A stretch of 64,000 nt of DNA from Octopus bimaculoides (GCF_001194135.2 NC_068981.1:45067289-45131288), one strand, 5' to 3'; shown: positions 39,201-52,966, numbered from the stretch's first letter. Notes: generated by a model not told the origin, from the letters alone. A program made the numbers and translations.

Positions 39201-39650
39201 AATCCTAACAGATCAGATTGTTAGAGCATAACAGGCCGGACCTAGTGGTGGTGAAAAATATGCTCTCAATGCTCCCTCGATCCTAAATGTACCCAATAGT
39301 CGATGTTACATGCCTCTTTGACCCAGGAATAGTCAAAGCAGAGGGCAAAAAAATACAACCCTCTTAAGTACGGAATAGCTCGCCTATGGAAAATGAAGAA
39401 GGTGAAGATAATGCTACCAATTGTTGGGTCCTTGGGAACAGTATCAGAACGCATCAAGAGGAATATAAAGGAAATTGCAATAGAGTGCCCAGTAGAACTG
39501 TTACAAATATTTTGCCCTCTTAGCATGGCAAAATAATCAGCAATTAGATAGGTGTAACGATCGGATAGTATGTTACCGTAGGCTGCAGGTAGCAAACCCG
39601 CTACGCATGCAAGACTCCAGGACTTCCAACAAAGCCTGTGATAAGAAATA
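36300..39650 (+). mobile_element. Near-full-length degraded R4/Dong-like (RLE-clade) non-LTR retrotransposon
   Basis: SNFRPIT*LPLMWKL, IFQGDSVS, NHLLFMDDLKLF, MEFGLSKCA, RLYMNRANGGRGLISVEDC, PLCHICN, HNRPDLVVV (RLE), LWKMKKVK..IVGSLGTV; many stops and frameshifts. Confidence 0.92.
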
Positions 39651-39666
39651 ATGATGACGAAGATGG

Positions 39667-39711
<45 letters not shown>

Positions 39712-39755
39712 CGACGACGACACCGATGACCACGATGACGATGATGATGATTATA
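39651..39755. repeat. (GAT/GAC)n tract at the 3' end of the R4/Dong-like LINE
   Basis: Direct reading. Confidence 0.9.
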
Positions 39756-39857
39756 ATGGGCCCACTCGTCGAAGATGACATATCAGTGTTCAGCTTTTTC
39801 GACGAATGACTTGCATGAATGATTTCTTCATAGTGATAAAACGTCTGCGCTGCTATC

Positions 39858-40015
39858 ATCATGCGTGCCTCCTTGGAACTGTGAAAATCGCAAGGAAATT
39901 ACAAGATATTTTGAAGGGAACAAATAGCATGTTGCCGCGTTCTTAGGTTGAACGCTCACTACTCATGCAAGTTTCCAGGAGTTAAAAGAATAATGATAAT
40001 GATAATAATGCTAAC
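39858..40015 (+). mobile_element. Very short 3' end of another R4/Dong-like copy with (ATA/ATG)n tail
   Basis: ACLLGTVKIARKLQDI; 3' UTR CATGCAAG.TT/CTCCAGGA is similar to 39606-39621. Confidence 0.7.
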
Positions 40016-40734
40016 AATATTCGCCCCTACAGTATAATCTAACGTGAAGGCCTAAATATATTCATGATAGCTGATGAAATTAATGCAAAAATTTTTCCCA
40101 GGGGAATGTTGAGAATGTTAAGGGAATCTATTGTTTGCAAGTTTATAAGTTTCTCTCGCAATGGTATTACTTTTGTTAATATTACTAATTATTGACTAAT
40201 CCCTATCTGAACTTACACTCGGGCAGTATCGACTAACCTTTGATGCGAAATTTACCGTTCAACTTTCACTAGAATTAGGGATTGTGATGTACATTATATT
40301 GAATCATTGATTGGTCAGCGCTCAGAGAAAAAATATATATATTTAAACGGAAATATTTAACCAGACAACTGTATTGCCCAGTTGTTGCAAATACAATAGG
40401 TATATAATCTTGCTCAATCTGACATATATCTACTTCCATTAAGACATTGCCTACGTATCAGCATGAAACCAAATAATAACTGTATGAATCATGATATATC
40501 TCAGCGTATGAGTATGAAGGACGTATGATAATATGTTAATGCTTGTTCCAAGATTTTTAATCTAGTTGGTGATATGTAGGTGTTTCTCATTTCACCACCT
40601 CAGGAAACGAACCGAAGCATCAAACTGGAAAACCAAGACACAAACATTGATGTGCATGTATCCTCTTGCATGAAATGAAATCGGAAATCTCTCCGCAATT
40701 GAGTCATTTAAATGGAAATACAAATACTTTTCAC

Positions 40735-40750
40735 CTATTTATCTATCTAC

Positions 40751-40788
<38 letters not shown>

Positions 40789-40789
40789 G

Positions 40790-40854
<65 letters not shown>
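40735..40854. repeat. (CTAT)n(CT)n microsatellite
   Basis: Direct reading. Confidence 0.95.
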
Positions 40855-42566
40855 NNNNNNNNNNNNNNNNNNNNNNNNNNNNNNNNNNNNNNNNNNNNNN
40901 NNNNNNNNNNNNNNNATATATATATATATATATATATACTGCATCAATATAAATACAAGACTTGTCTAAAGAAAGTGAAAGCAAATAGCTTTGTTTCACA
41001 AATTAACTGCAATTATGCAGTACATACATCGTATTCATTTGTATATATTATGCAATAAACATTTCTACCATTATTATACTTTCCTCCTAGACATCTCAAA
41101 ATGCTTGACCAAATATTTAAATGCTTTAGCACCATTCGTCGAGGTGTTCATGCAAGAACAACACATAGCTAGTTTATTCTTTAGGTCTACACAAACGTAG
41201 CAGTTACGTTCTTTTCCATTCATGAGAATCGCGAGAGTGGGCATGTATACTAACCTTTTACTTGGAATTTGTAATACCAAAATATGTACATATTCTATTT
41301 CGCAAATGTTCACTCCAATGAGAAGTTAATGAGATAGAAAAGTATCAGCCAACAACGATTATACTAGTATTTTAGTGCATCCAAATATTCAATAATACAC
41401 AAAGAAATGTGATGCAATACGCAGGATAGACACAGCACATTAAAACAAATACATGCACCAAGAGTATTGCATTAAATATAATCTTGCTATTGAATAGATG
41501 AACTCATCAAAGTATTCATCAAAGCGAACTCAAAATATATTATACTCACGCATTGTTAATACATTAGAAAAAATATTAACAAACCACATGTCTGTAATCA
41601 CCTGACTGAACTTCAGATGTCGAAAGCAATTTATAAATTCCGATGGAATGATGAAAGCTGTAAAATTCATGATTTTATCTTTCATATTCAGCATTAAAAG
41701 CATCATACATTTCCATTGGTTAATCACTAAAATACAATGTTATACACAATGTTTTATTATATTATATAACATAAAGCAGAACTAGAACAAACAGTTGCAA
41801 ACAAACACGCACACATACATATATGTGTGAGTGACTATGTAGCTGTGCGTTTGTCATTTGTTGTGTGAACATCTGAAAACCGATAACGAAATACAGAAAA
41901 ATAATAGTAAAATAAACTACAATAGGGACCTAAATTTACAGAAAGCTGAGAAACAAACGCCAGGCAACACAATCAGGACAATGTATTTTGTGATAGACGT
42001 TGAATATATGTTGATATGTTGTCAATGTATGAAATAATTAGATATTACAAACGACGACTGATTAATACACATACATTTTTCCGTTATACTTCCTACAAAT
42101 AAATGAACAATATAACGACCATGAGTGAAATATAGTGGGAACCTAATATAGCTCAGAAATTTAATAGTTTCAAGGAAGTAAATCATTTATTTAGAATGCG
42201 TAACTTCACAAAGGAAAACTATATCGATAATATTCATGATCATATGAAAATAACATTATCATAACAGGCAAAAGACTAGCATATGTATATATTTGAGCAG
42301 TCATATACACGAGACATGGAAGAAAGCATTCAATCGATCAGTGCATGCCGTGTAACACATAACACATAAATCTAAAGCCTGCATAAACAATCAAGTACAT
42401 CATTTATGTATTTAGACATGCATATGTAAATGTGTGCATTCACGTGAGTAGGCATGCATGCACATTTGAATGTAAGTCTTTGCATTCTAGTATTTTAGTC
42501 GTAAGAGTCGGCAAAAATAAGCATCTATAGGTGAAACTCAGTGACTGACTCCAGCAAACTAAAATA

Positions 42567-42668
42567 GAAGAAGAAGAAGAAGAAGAAGAAGAAGAAGAAG
42601 AAGAAGAAGAAGAAGAAGAAGAAGAAGAAGAAGAAGAAGAAGAAGAAGAAGAAGAAGAAGAAGAAGAA
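42567..42668. repeat. Perfect (GAA)34 microsatellite
   Basis: 102 uninterrupted bases. Confidence 0.97.
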
Positions 42669-42674
42669 GATCGA

Positions 42675-42790
42675 AATTCCCCCAAGATATAAGATAATGG
42701 CTGGAGGGTATATCAGCTGAAACGCTGTGTTAACAACAAACAAGATGAGGACAAATATTCGCCAAATTTAAATAATGTATATAATATAAA
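42675..42790 (+). mobile_element. Probable Penelope-type terminal-repeat fragment with degenerate hammerhead-like motif
   Basis: GATAAT-GGCTG-GAGGGTATAT-CAGCT-GAAAC followed by GCTGTGTTAACAACAAACAAGATGAGG. Confidence 0.5.
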
Positions 42791-44328
42791 CGATAATATT
42801 TACTTACATCTGCATTCAATTATAATATTTTTTATAATGACTTATTACAATATTTATTTTCGTCAACTCAGGGCTTTATTCATGTTTTACGATATTACAG
42901 TTCTCAGCAAATAAACGTCTTCGTGAGTTTCACGATTTTATTCGTACTAAAGTTTTCAATTTACCTTCATTGTATAGAGCACTCATTTTCATTTCTGCTT
43001 CCTTTCTCAGGTCTTGTTCACATATTGTATTAATTTTCTACTACACAGATGTGCCTTTCTTAGCTATTCATTCGTTAGAAATCACACAATATGATACCGA
43101 CGCAACATTTCATATACCTTAATATTACAGCCATTTATATTTCTATACCCATCTATAATTAATTACACATCATTAGATTTATTAATATTGCATCTGTTGT
43201 TAATATTATTCTTAGCAGAAGTATTTCTATTTTAATTATTTATTTTTTATAATTAATTTCGTCATGTTTAGGATACCTGAGTCATTATCATTATCATTCT
43301 AATCATTTCTACACTTTTCTCTTTAATTATTTTGGTGACAATATAAAGTAATCTTTTACTTTTATTTTTAATTAGTGTTTCCAGCTTTTTCTCGCCAATT
43401 CTTAATTTAGCAGCACTTAATTACAAGGAAACACAGAGCTATATTATTTTAGCTTTAATTACATAGCATTTTATTCTTCATTTATCCACAGTTTCTTACA
43501 TTCTATCTTCTTTAGTGCACACATATGATTAGCTGCATATTTGCTTATTTAGATATTTATTTTACATGTCACGATTATAAGGAACACGTTTATAGAGATT
43601 GTTTCTTTGAGATCTGGCACAAAAAGTTTGCCATGAATAAGTATTCAAAAGTTACATTCATTTTTTGTATTTATACACACATTTCTTTGTAAGTGCATTG
43701 TGTTTCATTACAAACCGTAATATTTATACTTCCGATTATGAAATCGCTCATTAGTTTATAGAAAAAAAGAGATAGTATAGCCCACATTGAAACTTGCATA
43801 TGACTAATTTTTCTTTTCCAAACGCATCTCCAAATATATATGTCCGTGTGGAAATCTACATTTATACATATATACATACTCTCCCTCTCTCTCTCTCTCA
43901 AACACACACACACATACATGTATACACACATATCTACATACATACATTTATATGCATACACATACATATATATATTTATATATGAAATCATATTATATAC
44001 ACATATATACACATATACATGTATAGGTTTCGAGTATAATGTTTCTAAAATTACTTTGTTCTTTGTTTCGTTATGTAATAATTAGATGTTTGTTTATACT
44101 TTAGTAATAAAGATGGTTCCGAACTCTGCTAAAGTTACAAGATACTTTGTTTTCATAGTGAATAATGATGGTGATGAAATGTTTGAACTGTCACGGTGCT
44201 ACACACTTTTTGAAAGTAGGAAATTTCCATACTATGTATATACATGCTCGGGTGTATATGTGTGCAGGCGCATGCATGTATATGTGTTCATGGGTGTGTG
44301 TATCTGTGTGCGGTAATGTATTATTGTT

Positions 44329-44375
<47 letters not shown>

Positions 44376-45252
44376 NNNNNNNNNNNNNNNNNNNNNNNNN
44401 NNNNNNNNNNNNNNNNNNNNNNNNNNNNNNNNNNNNNNNNNNNNNNNNNNNNNNNNNNNNNNNNNNNNNNNNNNNNNNNNNNNNNNNNNNNNNNNNNNNN
44501 NNNNNNNNNNNNNNNNNNNNNNNNNNNNNNNNNNNNNNNNNNNNNNNNNNNNNNNNNNNNNNNNNNNNNNNNNNNNNNNNNNNNNNNNNNNNNNNTATAT
44601 ATACATATATATATATATATATGATATGATAATCCAGGATATGGTTAATTTGTCATAGACGATAAATTCTTAATTTTCCATTGAGTTTTAAACAACCCTA
44701 TACGTTTCCTTTATTCACTCACACTCACACCATTCACTCTCTCCTTTTCTCATCGATACATTGACTCACCTCCAAACATATGTCCATGGATGGTGTAATG
44801 TATATTGTTTGACTATTGGTTCTTTTTGTTCTTATGTGAAAGAAAAAAAATAGAAAATAGAAGTCATCATCGATGCAGATTAATGAAATTCAGTTTTCTA
44901 ATGAAAATATGAAATTTTATTTGAAATGTAACAGATACGTTCAATATTTTGTACCAGATTACACCTTTCAGGAAAATCGGAATAAGATGTATGATAAATA
45001 ATTTGGCATCGGAAAATTAATTATTGTTCGTTTCTTATTTCAGTATTGTATTTAAGGGCGAACTGACATTTTTTGGTAAAAAGAAATGGATTTCTGTTTA
45101 ACAAAAGTACTTGACGTGATTGAAAATATTCGAGGGCATTTCTGAGCCCAGCATCATCAAATTAGTTAGGACTAATTGTAAAAAGTGAAACAACTAATTT
45201 TTTTTTTGAAAATGCTGACGGAATTATATGTTCTTATACATTCGTGCATTTT

Positions 45253-45405
45253 AAGGAGTTGTGCTAGCAGAATGATTAGCGCCCCTAGCGAAATGCTAGC
45301 GGCCTTTCGTTCGTCTTTACGATGTACATTCGAATTATGACGCGGTCATATTTGCCTTTAATCCTTTCGGACTCGATAAAACTATTATTAGTTGAGCACT
45401 GGAGT
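45253..45405 (+). mobile_element. Family-A SINE, diverged
   Basis: GCTAGCAGAATGATTAGCGCC..GAAATGCTAGCGG..TTTGCCTTTAATCCTTTCGGACTCGATAAA..GAGCACTGG. Confidence 0.8.
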
Positions 45406-47754
45406 TCATTCGCTAAAAATATCTGACCCGGTTCCAAAATTTGAAACGTTATATTAATGTATCATATGGAAGAGTAGCTTTAATATCACATGAGGCCTCG
45501 TAGGTTCGTTACAATGAAATTAAGGTTTTGATCAAGGTTTTGTTTCTGTCACTTGTTGAAAAGTACTATCGAAAACCACCTAATGCATCATAGGTGCTAG
45601 CATTATAATAAAAACGGATGTATTTCTGTGACGAAATAATTAGTAGTAATCCACGAAAGTGATAAAATCTTATTTCAATAAAATCGCAATATTATCAACT
45701 AAATATTATTGATTTATTTCTATAGCTGGTCATTAGCAACAATCTGTTGAGTAGAATAATTCAAGACTTTATAGCCCACATTTTTCAGATTTATAATAAT
45801 GAATCACTTTTAATTGCACAATGGCGTATAGATTTTTTCACTAAAATGATTGCATTCATGAGGGTCTTTATCTAGGTTAATAAAAGAATTCTTTTTTTTT
45901 TCAATAGAGTTACATAAATTCGTGTAACAGCCTAAAATTTTCAAATAAACAGGGATTACAATTCGGCATTCATAAATAATATTTTGTCTCCTAAGGCTGG
46001 CAAAATGCACCTTATTTTATTCTATATAGTAATTTTGGCATTCTTGAAAATTGTTTATGTATTGAGAAATGTATAAATGGACTTGTTAGATTACTGCGCA
46101 ATGTCTAGCAAAATCACATGATAGTTGGTGATACAGCATTCTGTTGCAGCTATATGACATTTGTTTGCGACTAAGTGATATGTGGTGACGATTCACTCCC
46201 AAACTGAAATAGCCTTCCAGACAATGTATCATGAATGGTTATGTGGACCATTCCTAACGAAAGCCTGAGCTTCCTTCGACTACTACATAGAAAGTATTAA
46301 GAAGAAAATGTTATTTAGATATACTTTTATTTTAGTTGTTTACACTGTTTTCTGCTTCTTTACACTCTTATACTTTCAAAGTTCACAAATATCCTTATTT
46401 AAATTATGAATCATATTCGTTTCGATAATATCAATATGATTACAAAACTACTTTGTAGACGATATTCTCTGTTTGGTCGACACTGATTTTTCAAATTACT
46501 GGAGTCCGTTGTTATAATCATAACGACATATAACTGGCCGTGTGTAAACATCAGTGTTAGGTAAAAATACACCTACACGATCTAAAATCTGGCCCTGTGC
46601 CTTGTTTATATTGAATGCACGAGTGGAATCTTTAGGGTTCCAAAAAAAATCAAACTAAGACAGACCTCTCATTTTTCTATGCGCATATGACTGACTGACT
46701 GACTGACTGACTGACTGAATGACTGACACAAATATTGTCTGGATGTTCTGGTTCAATGGGTTATTTTGATTGATAAAACTGAGATGTAAACAACAGCCTT
46801 AGAAGTACATAGATTTTCCCTTAGTTATGATTTTGGGACTAGTGTATTCGTTCTTGCAGTCACGTCTATTTGAATCAAGACTGAAAAATATATATTAAGT
46901 GTGTGCTAATATATGTAATATTAAAAACTGACATACTCTCTATGAAATCCAATAAGTGTGCCTATTTAAAACACCTTAAATGAATTTTATTGCTGTCAAA
47001 CTTATTTATATATACGTTGTATGCACCATATATGGAAGTGTATGAATTTTCAAATACAAATTTATTTTTTATTTACACGTCAATTCTCCTTCCGACTTAA
47101 GATATCTTCAGAAAAACTGGTGGTTAATAATAGTATTAAATAATAATTTCAGGTTTATAAAATTTATGATTTAATCATGTATTGGAAATAAGTCTACTAT
47201 TCGTAGACAAAAAGAACTTTACATGTCGTTACTAATTATCTAGTCACAGTTTTGATATATTTTAAAGAAATAAATACTCTACGTGTAATAAGGTCTAAAT
47301 AAAGGGGATTGCGTATGTTATAAACTGATATAATCAGCTATAGAGTCATTACTATATAATGATTTGTGTGAACATATTTCTATATCTGTGTTAGTGTATT
47401 TACGTAAAATATCCAGGTATATTAATTATTTTCTCTCCTATATTAAATCAAATTTCCCCAGCTCTCCTTTTCAGTTCCTTTTCCTTTTCTATGAAAACAT
47501 ACTCAACAATCATATACACAACAAATTCGAAATACACTTAATAAAAAAATATCTTGACATATCAATACTGGGACTAGATGATTAATTACGTTATATAGCT
47601 TATTTTTGTCTATGAATATAAGTTAAATCATATACTGATTATTTGTATAGAGATTTTCATACTTATACTAATTTATATAAGTAAATCATGAAGAAAAGAT
47701 ATTAGAATTCTTTGGAAATAATTCTAATTAAAGGACGAACTTACATTCATCCGA

Positions 47755-47776
47755 TAAATATATATATAAATATATG

Positions 47777-47867
<91 letters not shown>
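47755..47867. repeat. (TA)n(TG)n microsatellite
   Basis: Direct reading. Confidence 0.95.
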
Positions 47868-47872
<5 letters not shown>

Positions 47873-50769
47873 TAAATGTATGTATTCATAAATATTATTG
47901 CACATAGGTATCATTTGAGCGCAATATCAAGGATTCGATAAATATCGAGGAAATATAGGAGCTGAAGGAAATGTTCAGGTAGATACTTTTGACAGATACT
48001 TTATATATTCATGCCTTCCCCAGAAGATGAGGTAAAACGCAATTGAGAGAAGAGAAACAATGCTTTTAAAACGATTGGCTACTACTTGAAAATGCGGAAT
48101 TTAATCTCGAAGTTTAAAAACTAAGTTATAGGTATAGAAGTGTATGCGCATCTTATACGTTGATTCGGGTTTGTTCATGAGTAAAAGTGCATGATAACGC
48201 CTGCACGTACAACGTAATGTTACTTAGATCTACTTCGAACATCATAATAGGTTTAACGTATATTATTGTTGTATGTGAAAAAATGTGTTTGCCTCTGAAT
48301 TTCTAGTGATGTTAGTGGGCGATTGAGTGAGAATAGAACAGCTTAATAAACGTAGTTCCTGCAAATAATTTGAGCGCTTTAATTATATGCTTTTTGTCCT
48401 AGTATGTGTGAGGTGTGTACTAACATCAGTGATATGCATATTACTTGAAGTGACATGTATTAAAAATACAACAACTGCTTATCAAACACTTACAATGAGT
48501 TATTTTCTTTGATAGGGAATTCAACATACAAGAAGTACAAGTCGCTTACGTTCTATTCAGATCGCGTTTAAGGGGGAAATTATTAGAAAGAATGATACAT
48601 AGAATCATTTATATATGAGTAGGTGTGCATTTTGAAACGTGCCTCTATGTAGTTTGTTAAAATACACAAGGAGTATAATAAGATATACATTGTAAACTTC
48701 CATACTTCGGTTCGATTTCACCTGTAGAAGCAGATTTATTTGTATTCATATACTGTATTAAGTACGCTGACTGGAAGCTACACGGTCAAACGTAGGATAT
48801 AGTTTATAGAGTATAAGCTATTAACTGAAGATCTCCACGAGTGATGCGGCTGAAATTTTTTTCTAGTGTTACCTGCAAAGATATTACTTTTGACGAAGTT
48901 CTCTATAGCATTGGATCATTCCAAAATGGCAGCTAAAATCTCATACATTGCAGATGAGATTCTACGTAAATGGTTATAAAAACGTTTATCGACTGAACGT
49001 TATAACGAAGAGCCTTATAAGAAAAATATATCTTTCTGCATTTACATCAACGGAAATAATTTGTGTGATGGTGTTTTACTCTATAAAATATCTGCTGCAA
49101 GCTTCCAATAAATTGAAGTCAATCATGTAGATCAACGGAGAAAATCCTAGAATTTATTAAAAAAAAAAAACAATTCAAGGATTATTGATTCAGAAAGTAT
49201 ATGCCAGCATTCTATACATTACACGAATGTAGTAATGGCTGTGATGTTATGTAGATCAGGGACTAAACAAAAAGTATGGCTTCCGTCCCAAAATGTGGCA
49301 TCTTGAGAAGAAGCTAAAAGCTGGAATAGCTCAAATTTGATGAGTTGTGTATGCATTTGTGAAGGATTCTGTGTATGAATGTGCGTGCGAGTGCGTAGGT
49401 GTGCTCATGGGCTCATAACATTATTGATACTGAAATAATTGTGTTGGTTAGTCATAAAACGTCGTCCTTAGATGCCAAATATTGAAGGTTATTATTCCAA
49501 GAATGATAATTGATGAAAAATATACAATTAGAGTGGAGGATGTAAAAAATGAAACCGTTTAAATTTAATGCCGAATCTCCATTACAATAACAGAAGCTTT
49601 TGAAAGAATAAACTGATTTTAAACTGCTGTTAATCGTCTTCTAGAAAAAAACATCTAATTACGATGTTTTATATGAAGAGAAGAAGCATAGATAGTTATG
49701 AAACGGATATCTTTCCGATGAGCGGATATATGTCCTGCACTACGTTTTCAAGCAGTGTTGAAAAATATTTTGTGTTGTGTTTAATTCATTGCTCAAGATT
49801 ACAGAGACGAAAATCTTCTTTGGAATGAATTTTTATCTCTCAAAAAATACGTTTAGCATAGAAAAATAAACTAAACACTTATTGCTAACTTAGGATGCCA
49901 TGAATATATTTGTTTTTATTAAATCACACATTTTACAGGGGACTTCCTTGAGCAATCGGTATTAAAAATGTTAAACTGTAAAGAGATATCAGTAAAGATA
50001 CAAACTGAAAATTATATATATATGTATATATAAAATGAAGGTGGCAAACAAAAACTTAAAATCGCTAAGAGTGACAAGTGTGCAGTGAACACCACTACTG
50101 CTAGAAATAGGTGACGCAGATCCTTCACTCACAAAAGCACCTGGACTCTTTGTAATTACAGGGGAGAAAACTCTCCCCACTGTGAGCGAGATGTATTTGT
50201 TTATCATGCTAATTTCGTTTGTGTATAAATACTCATAAGTAATGCTCACTCCATCACAGCTGGCAGAGGCCAACTCACCCTTTAAATATTATGGAGAATG
50301 GTTACTGGAATTAGATGCTGATTGCACAACATTTCAATGTAAAAATTATAAAGTAATCAAGGTGGCTGGCAGCAATTCAAAACCCTCACGCACATTATGG
50401 TCAAGGCCTACTAAGAAAAAGCTAAATGAAGCTAATCATTCTTAGGCATTCTACGTTGCAACGGGTTTAGTGAGTATGTGGATTGTACACATTTTCTCGG
50501 ATAGGAAGGAGGCGAAACATTTGATCGCAGTATCTTAAAACTATGTTTTATTTATAGAAACTGTAATTTATCATTTGTTACTCGGCTGCTCCAAATTCAT
50601 GGAAATATAGCCTATAAGTTAAAGCCTTGTTATGAAACTTTTGAAAATAGTGACACAGCCCAGATAGGTGACGCGTTGTATGTGGGGAAAATGAATAACC
50701 GAGATAACGGATGGAATGATGTTCAGAATCTGAGGTTCGTTTATTCGTTATTTCATTAACGACTGGTGT

Positions 50770-50896
50770 TTTATCTGTGCAAGAGCGCAGGCTCGAAACG
50801 TTAAAGACTTCAATTTCCGAGCGTTATACTAATACATCTGTTTGTTTTCTACACAACCTGTCTACGTGTTGTGCTTTTTTTCTATGAATTCTCCCT

Positions 50897-50900
<4 letters not shown>
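50770..50900 (+). mobile_element. Penelope-type terminal repeat with hammerhead-like motif, upstream of gap and GIY-YIG
   Basis: CAAGAGCGCAGGCTCGAAACGTTAAAGACTT..CCGAGCGTTATACTAATACATC; homologue at 18361-18435. Confidence 0.55.
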
Positions 50901-50941
<41 letters not shown>

Positions 50942-51555
50942 NNNNNNNNNNNNNNNNNNNNNNNNNNNNNNNNNNNNNNNNNNNNNNNNNNNNNNNNNNN
51001 NNNNNNNNNNNNNNNNNNNNNNNNNNNNNNNNNNNNNNNNNNNNNNNNNNNNNNNNNNNNNNNNNNNNNNNNNNNNNNNNNNNNNNNNNNNNNNNNNNNN
51101 NNNNNNNNNNNNNNNNNNNNNNNNNNNNNNNNNNNNNNNNNNNNNNNNNNNNNNNNNNNNNNNNNNNNNNNNNNNNNNNNNNNNNNNNNNNNNNNNNNNN
51201 NNNNNNNNNNNNNNNNNNNNNNNNNNNNNNNNNNNNNNNNNNNNNNNNNNNNNNNNNNNNNNNNNNNNNNNNNNNNNNNNNNNNNNNNNNNNNNNNNNNN
51301 NNNNNNNNNNNNNNNNNNNNNNNNNNNNNNNNNNNNNNNNNNNNNNNNNNNNNNNNNNNNNNNNNNNNNNNNNNNNNNNNNNNNNNNNNNNNNNNNNNNN
51401 NNNNNNNNNNNNNNNNNNNNNNNNNNNNNNNNNNNNNNNNNNNNNNNNNNNNNNNNNNNNNNNNNNNNNNNNNNNNNNNNNNNNNNNNNNNNNNNNNNNN
51501 NNNNNNNNNNNNNNNNNNNNNNNNNNNNNNNNNNNNNNNNNNNNNNNNNNNNNNN

Positions 51556-51845
51556 CTACAAAATAAGCTGTATGGATGGTGAGTGTAAAAAACAGAAACA
51601 CCACATATATAGGTGAGACGGCAAGAAGTTTGGCTGAGCGTGTAAACGAACATTGGAGGGACTATAATAATCAAACACAAACCTCGGTGCTCTACCAGCA
51701 TGCCAAAGAACAACATGGTGGTGTACTGGACAGAATTAACATAGAAATCCTGTCTAGACACCCCGGTCACGCATTGTTGCGACAAATACAGGAGTCGGTC
51801 CTCATAACTGAAACGCAACCAAATTTAAACACCAAATACACGTAG
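51556..51845 (+). mobile_element. Penelope-like GIY-YIG endonuclease C-terminus
   Basis: YKISCMDGEC..TTYIGETARSLAERVNEH..SVLYQHAKEQH..LRQIQESVLITETQPNLNTK. Confidence 0.88.
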
Positions 51846-51959
51846 ATTAGGGCCTTACAATTGCCCATGGTTGCATGTGTTGTTCACACATATGATGCGG
51901 AATATGAACGTAAATAAATTAATTAAAACGTCTATATCTGATCTGATATAAACGAAATT

Positions 51960-52811
51960 GTTACAAACACACATATGGCTGGCCAAGATTATCCTGCCCG
52001 GAGTGCAGCGGGACATCGACGTATTGCTGGGGTTCAGCGACTTGATCCTGCCGACCAAGGTGGGGGACTCCGCTACATGCAGCGTTAGCATTTCGTCTAC
52101 AATTCTTCTATCTATCATAGACTGACGGACGCGAATGCCATAATTTTGGGCAAACGACTCAGCAAAGCTGAGTTGACGTGCTTTCTTTGCAAATGGCTGC
52201 GACGACTGGCTACTGGCCCTGCTTGCACAACATTGTGTTTCCCACGGAAACAGCTGGCCATAATCCTCTCTTCAAACTGGATGACATGCGCTGGGTGCTT
52301 CCTGTTGACATGTGACTTCAAGTTGTAGAGCCTCGCCGCTTGTCTCTTAATGGTGGGCAACTTGAGCTGGTACATGAGGCACCGGAAGAACAGGATTTTG
52401 GTGTCCCTCTTGTCCCTTAACGTAAGAACAAAATAGTCTTCCATGTAGAGCAACGATTTCTGAGACATCTGGCTCCCAGCCTGAGCAAACTCTGTCTTAA
52501 ATACAGCCGTTGCAGACTCCCCAATAGGCTCTTCATTCTCAAGCCAAACAAAAGCGTCGTCACCTTACATAGCTATAAACCATAACGTGATAAGCCGATA
52601 ACGTACAGTGCAGTCACTGACAATATAAGACTGACTATAATGTGATACCATCGTAAATGTACAGAACTCAAAACTGCACAATTGCACAATGCTGATCAGT
52701 TACATGCTGTTGCGTCGACCAATCACGTCTTGTCACGTGTACACGTAGTAAGCCAATAGCGTGCCCGATGGACTTCGAGGCATGGCCGCAACAGACAGGA
52801 ATTTTGATCTA
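51960..52811 (-). mobile_element. hAT-like DNA transposon 5' fragment (BED zinc finger N-terminus)
   Basis: DYFVL..FFRCLMYQ..LYNLKSHVNRKHP (BED-like), then DRRIVDEMLTLHVAESPTLVGRIKSLNP..SRCT; CCAAT-like boxes lie upstream (52718, 52753). Confidence 0.7.
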
Positions 52812-52916
52812 GTGATTTAATTTTCACCCAAGTGCATTATCACACATACTAACATATACACATATTTATAGATGTGGGTATGTGCATGTATACATGTGCA
52901 TGCGTCTGTTTGCGTG

Positions 52917-52966
<50 letters not shown>

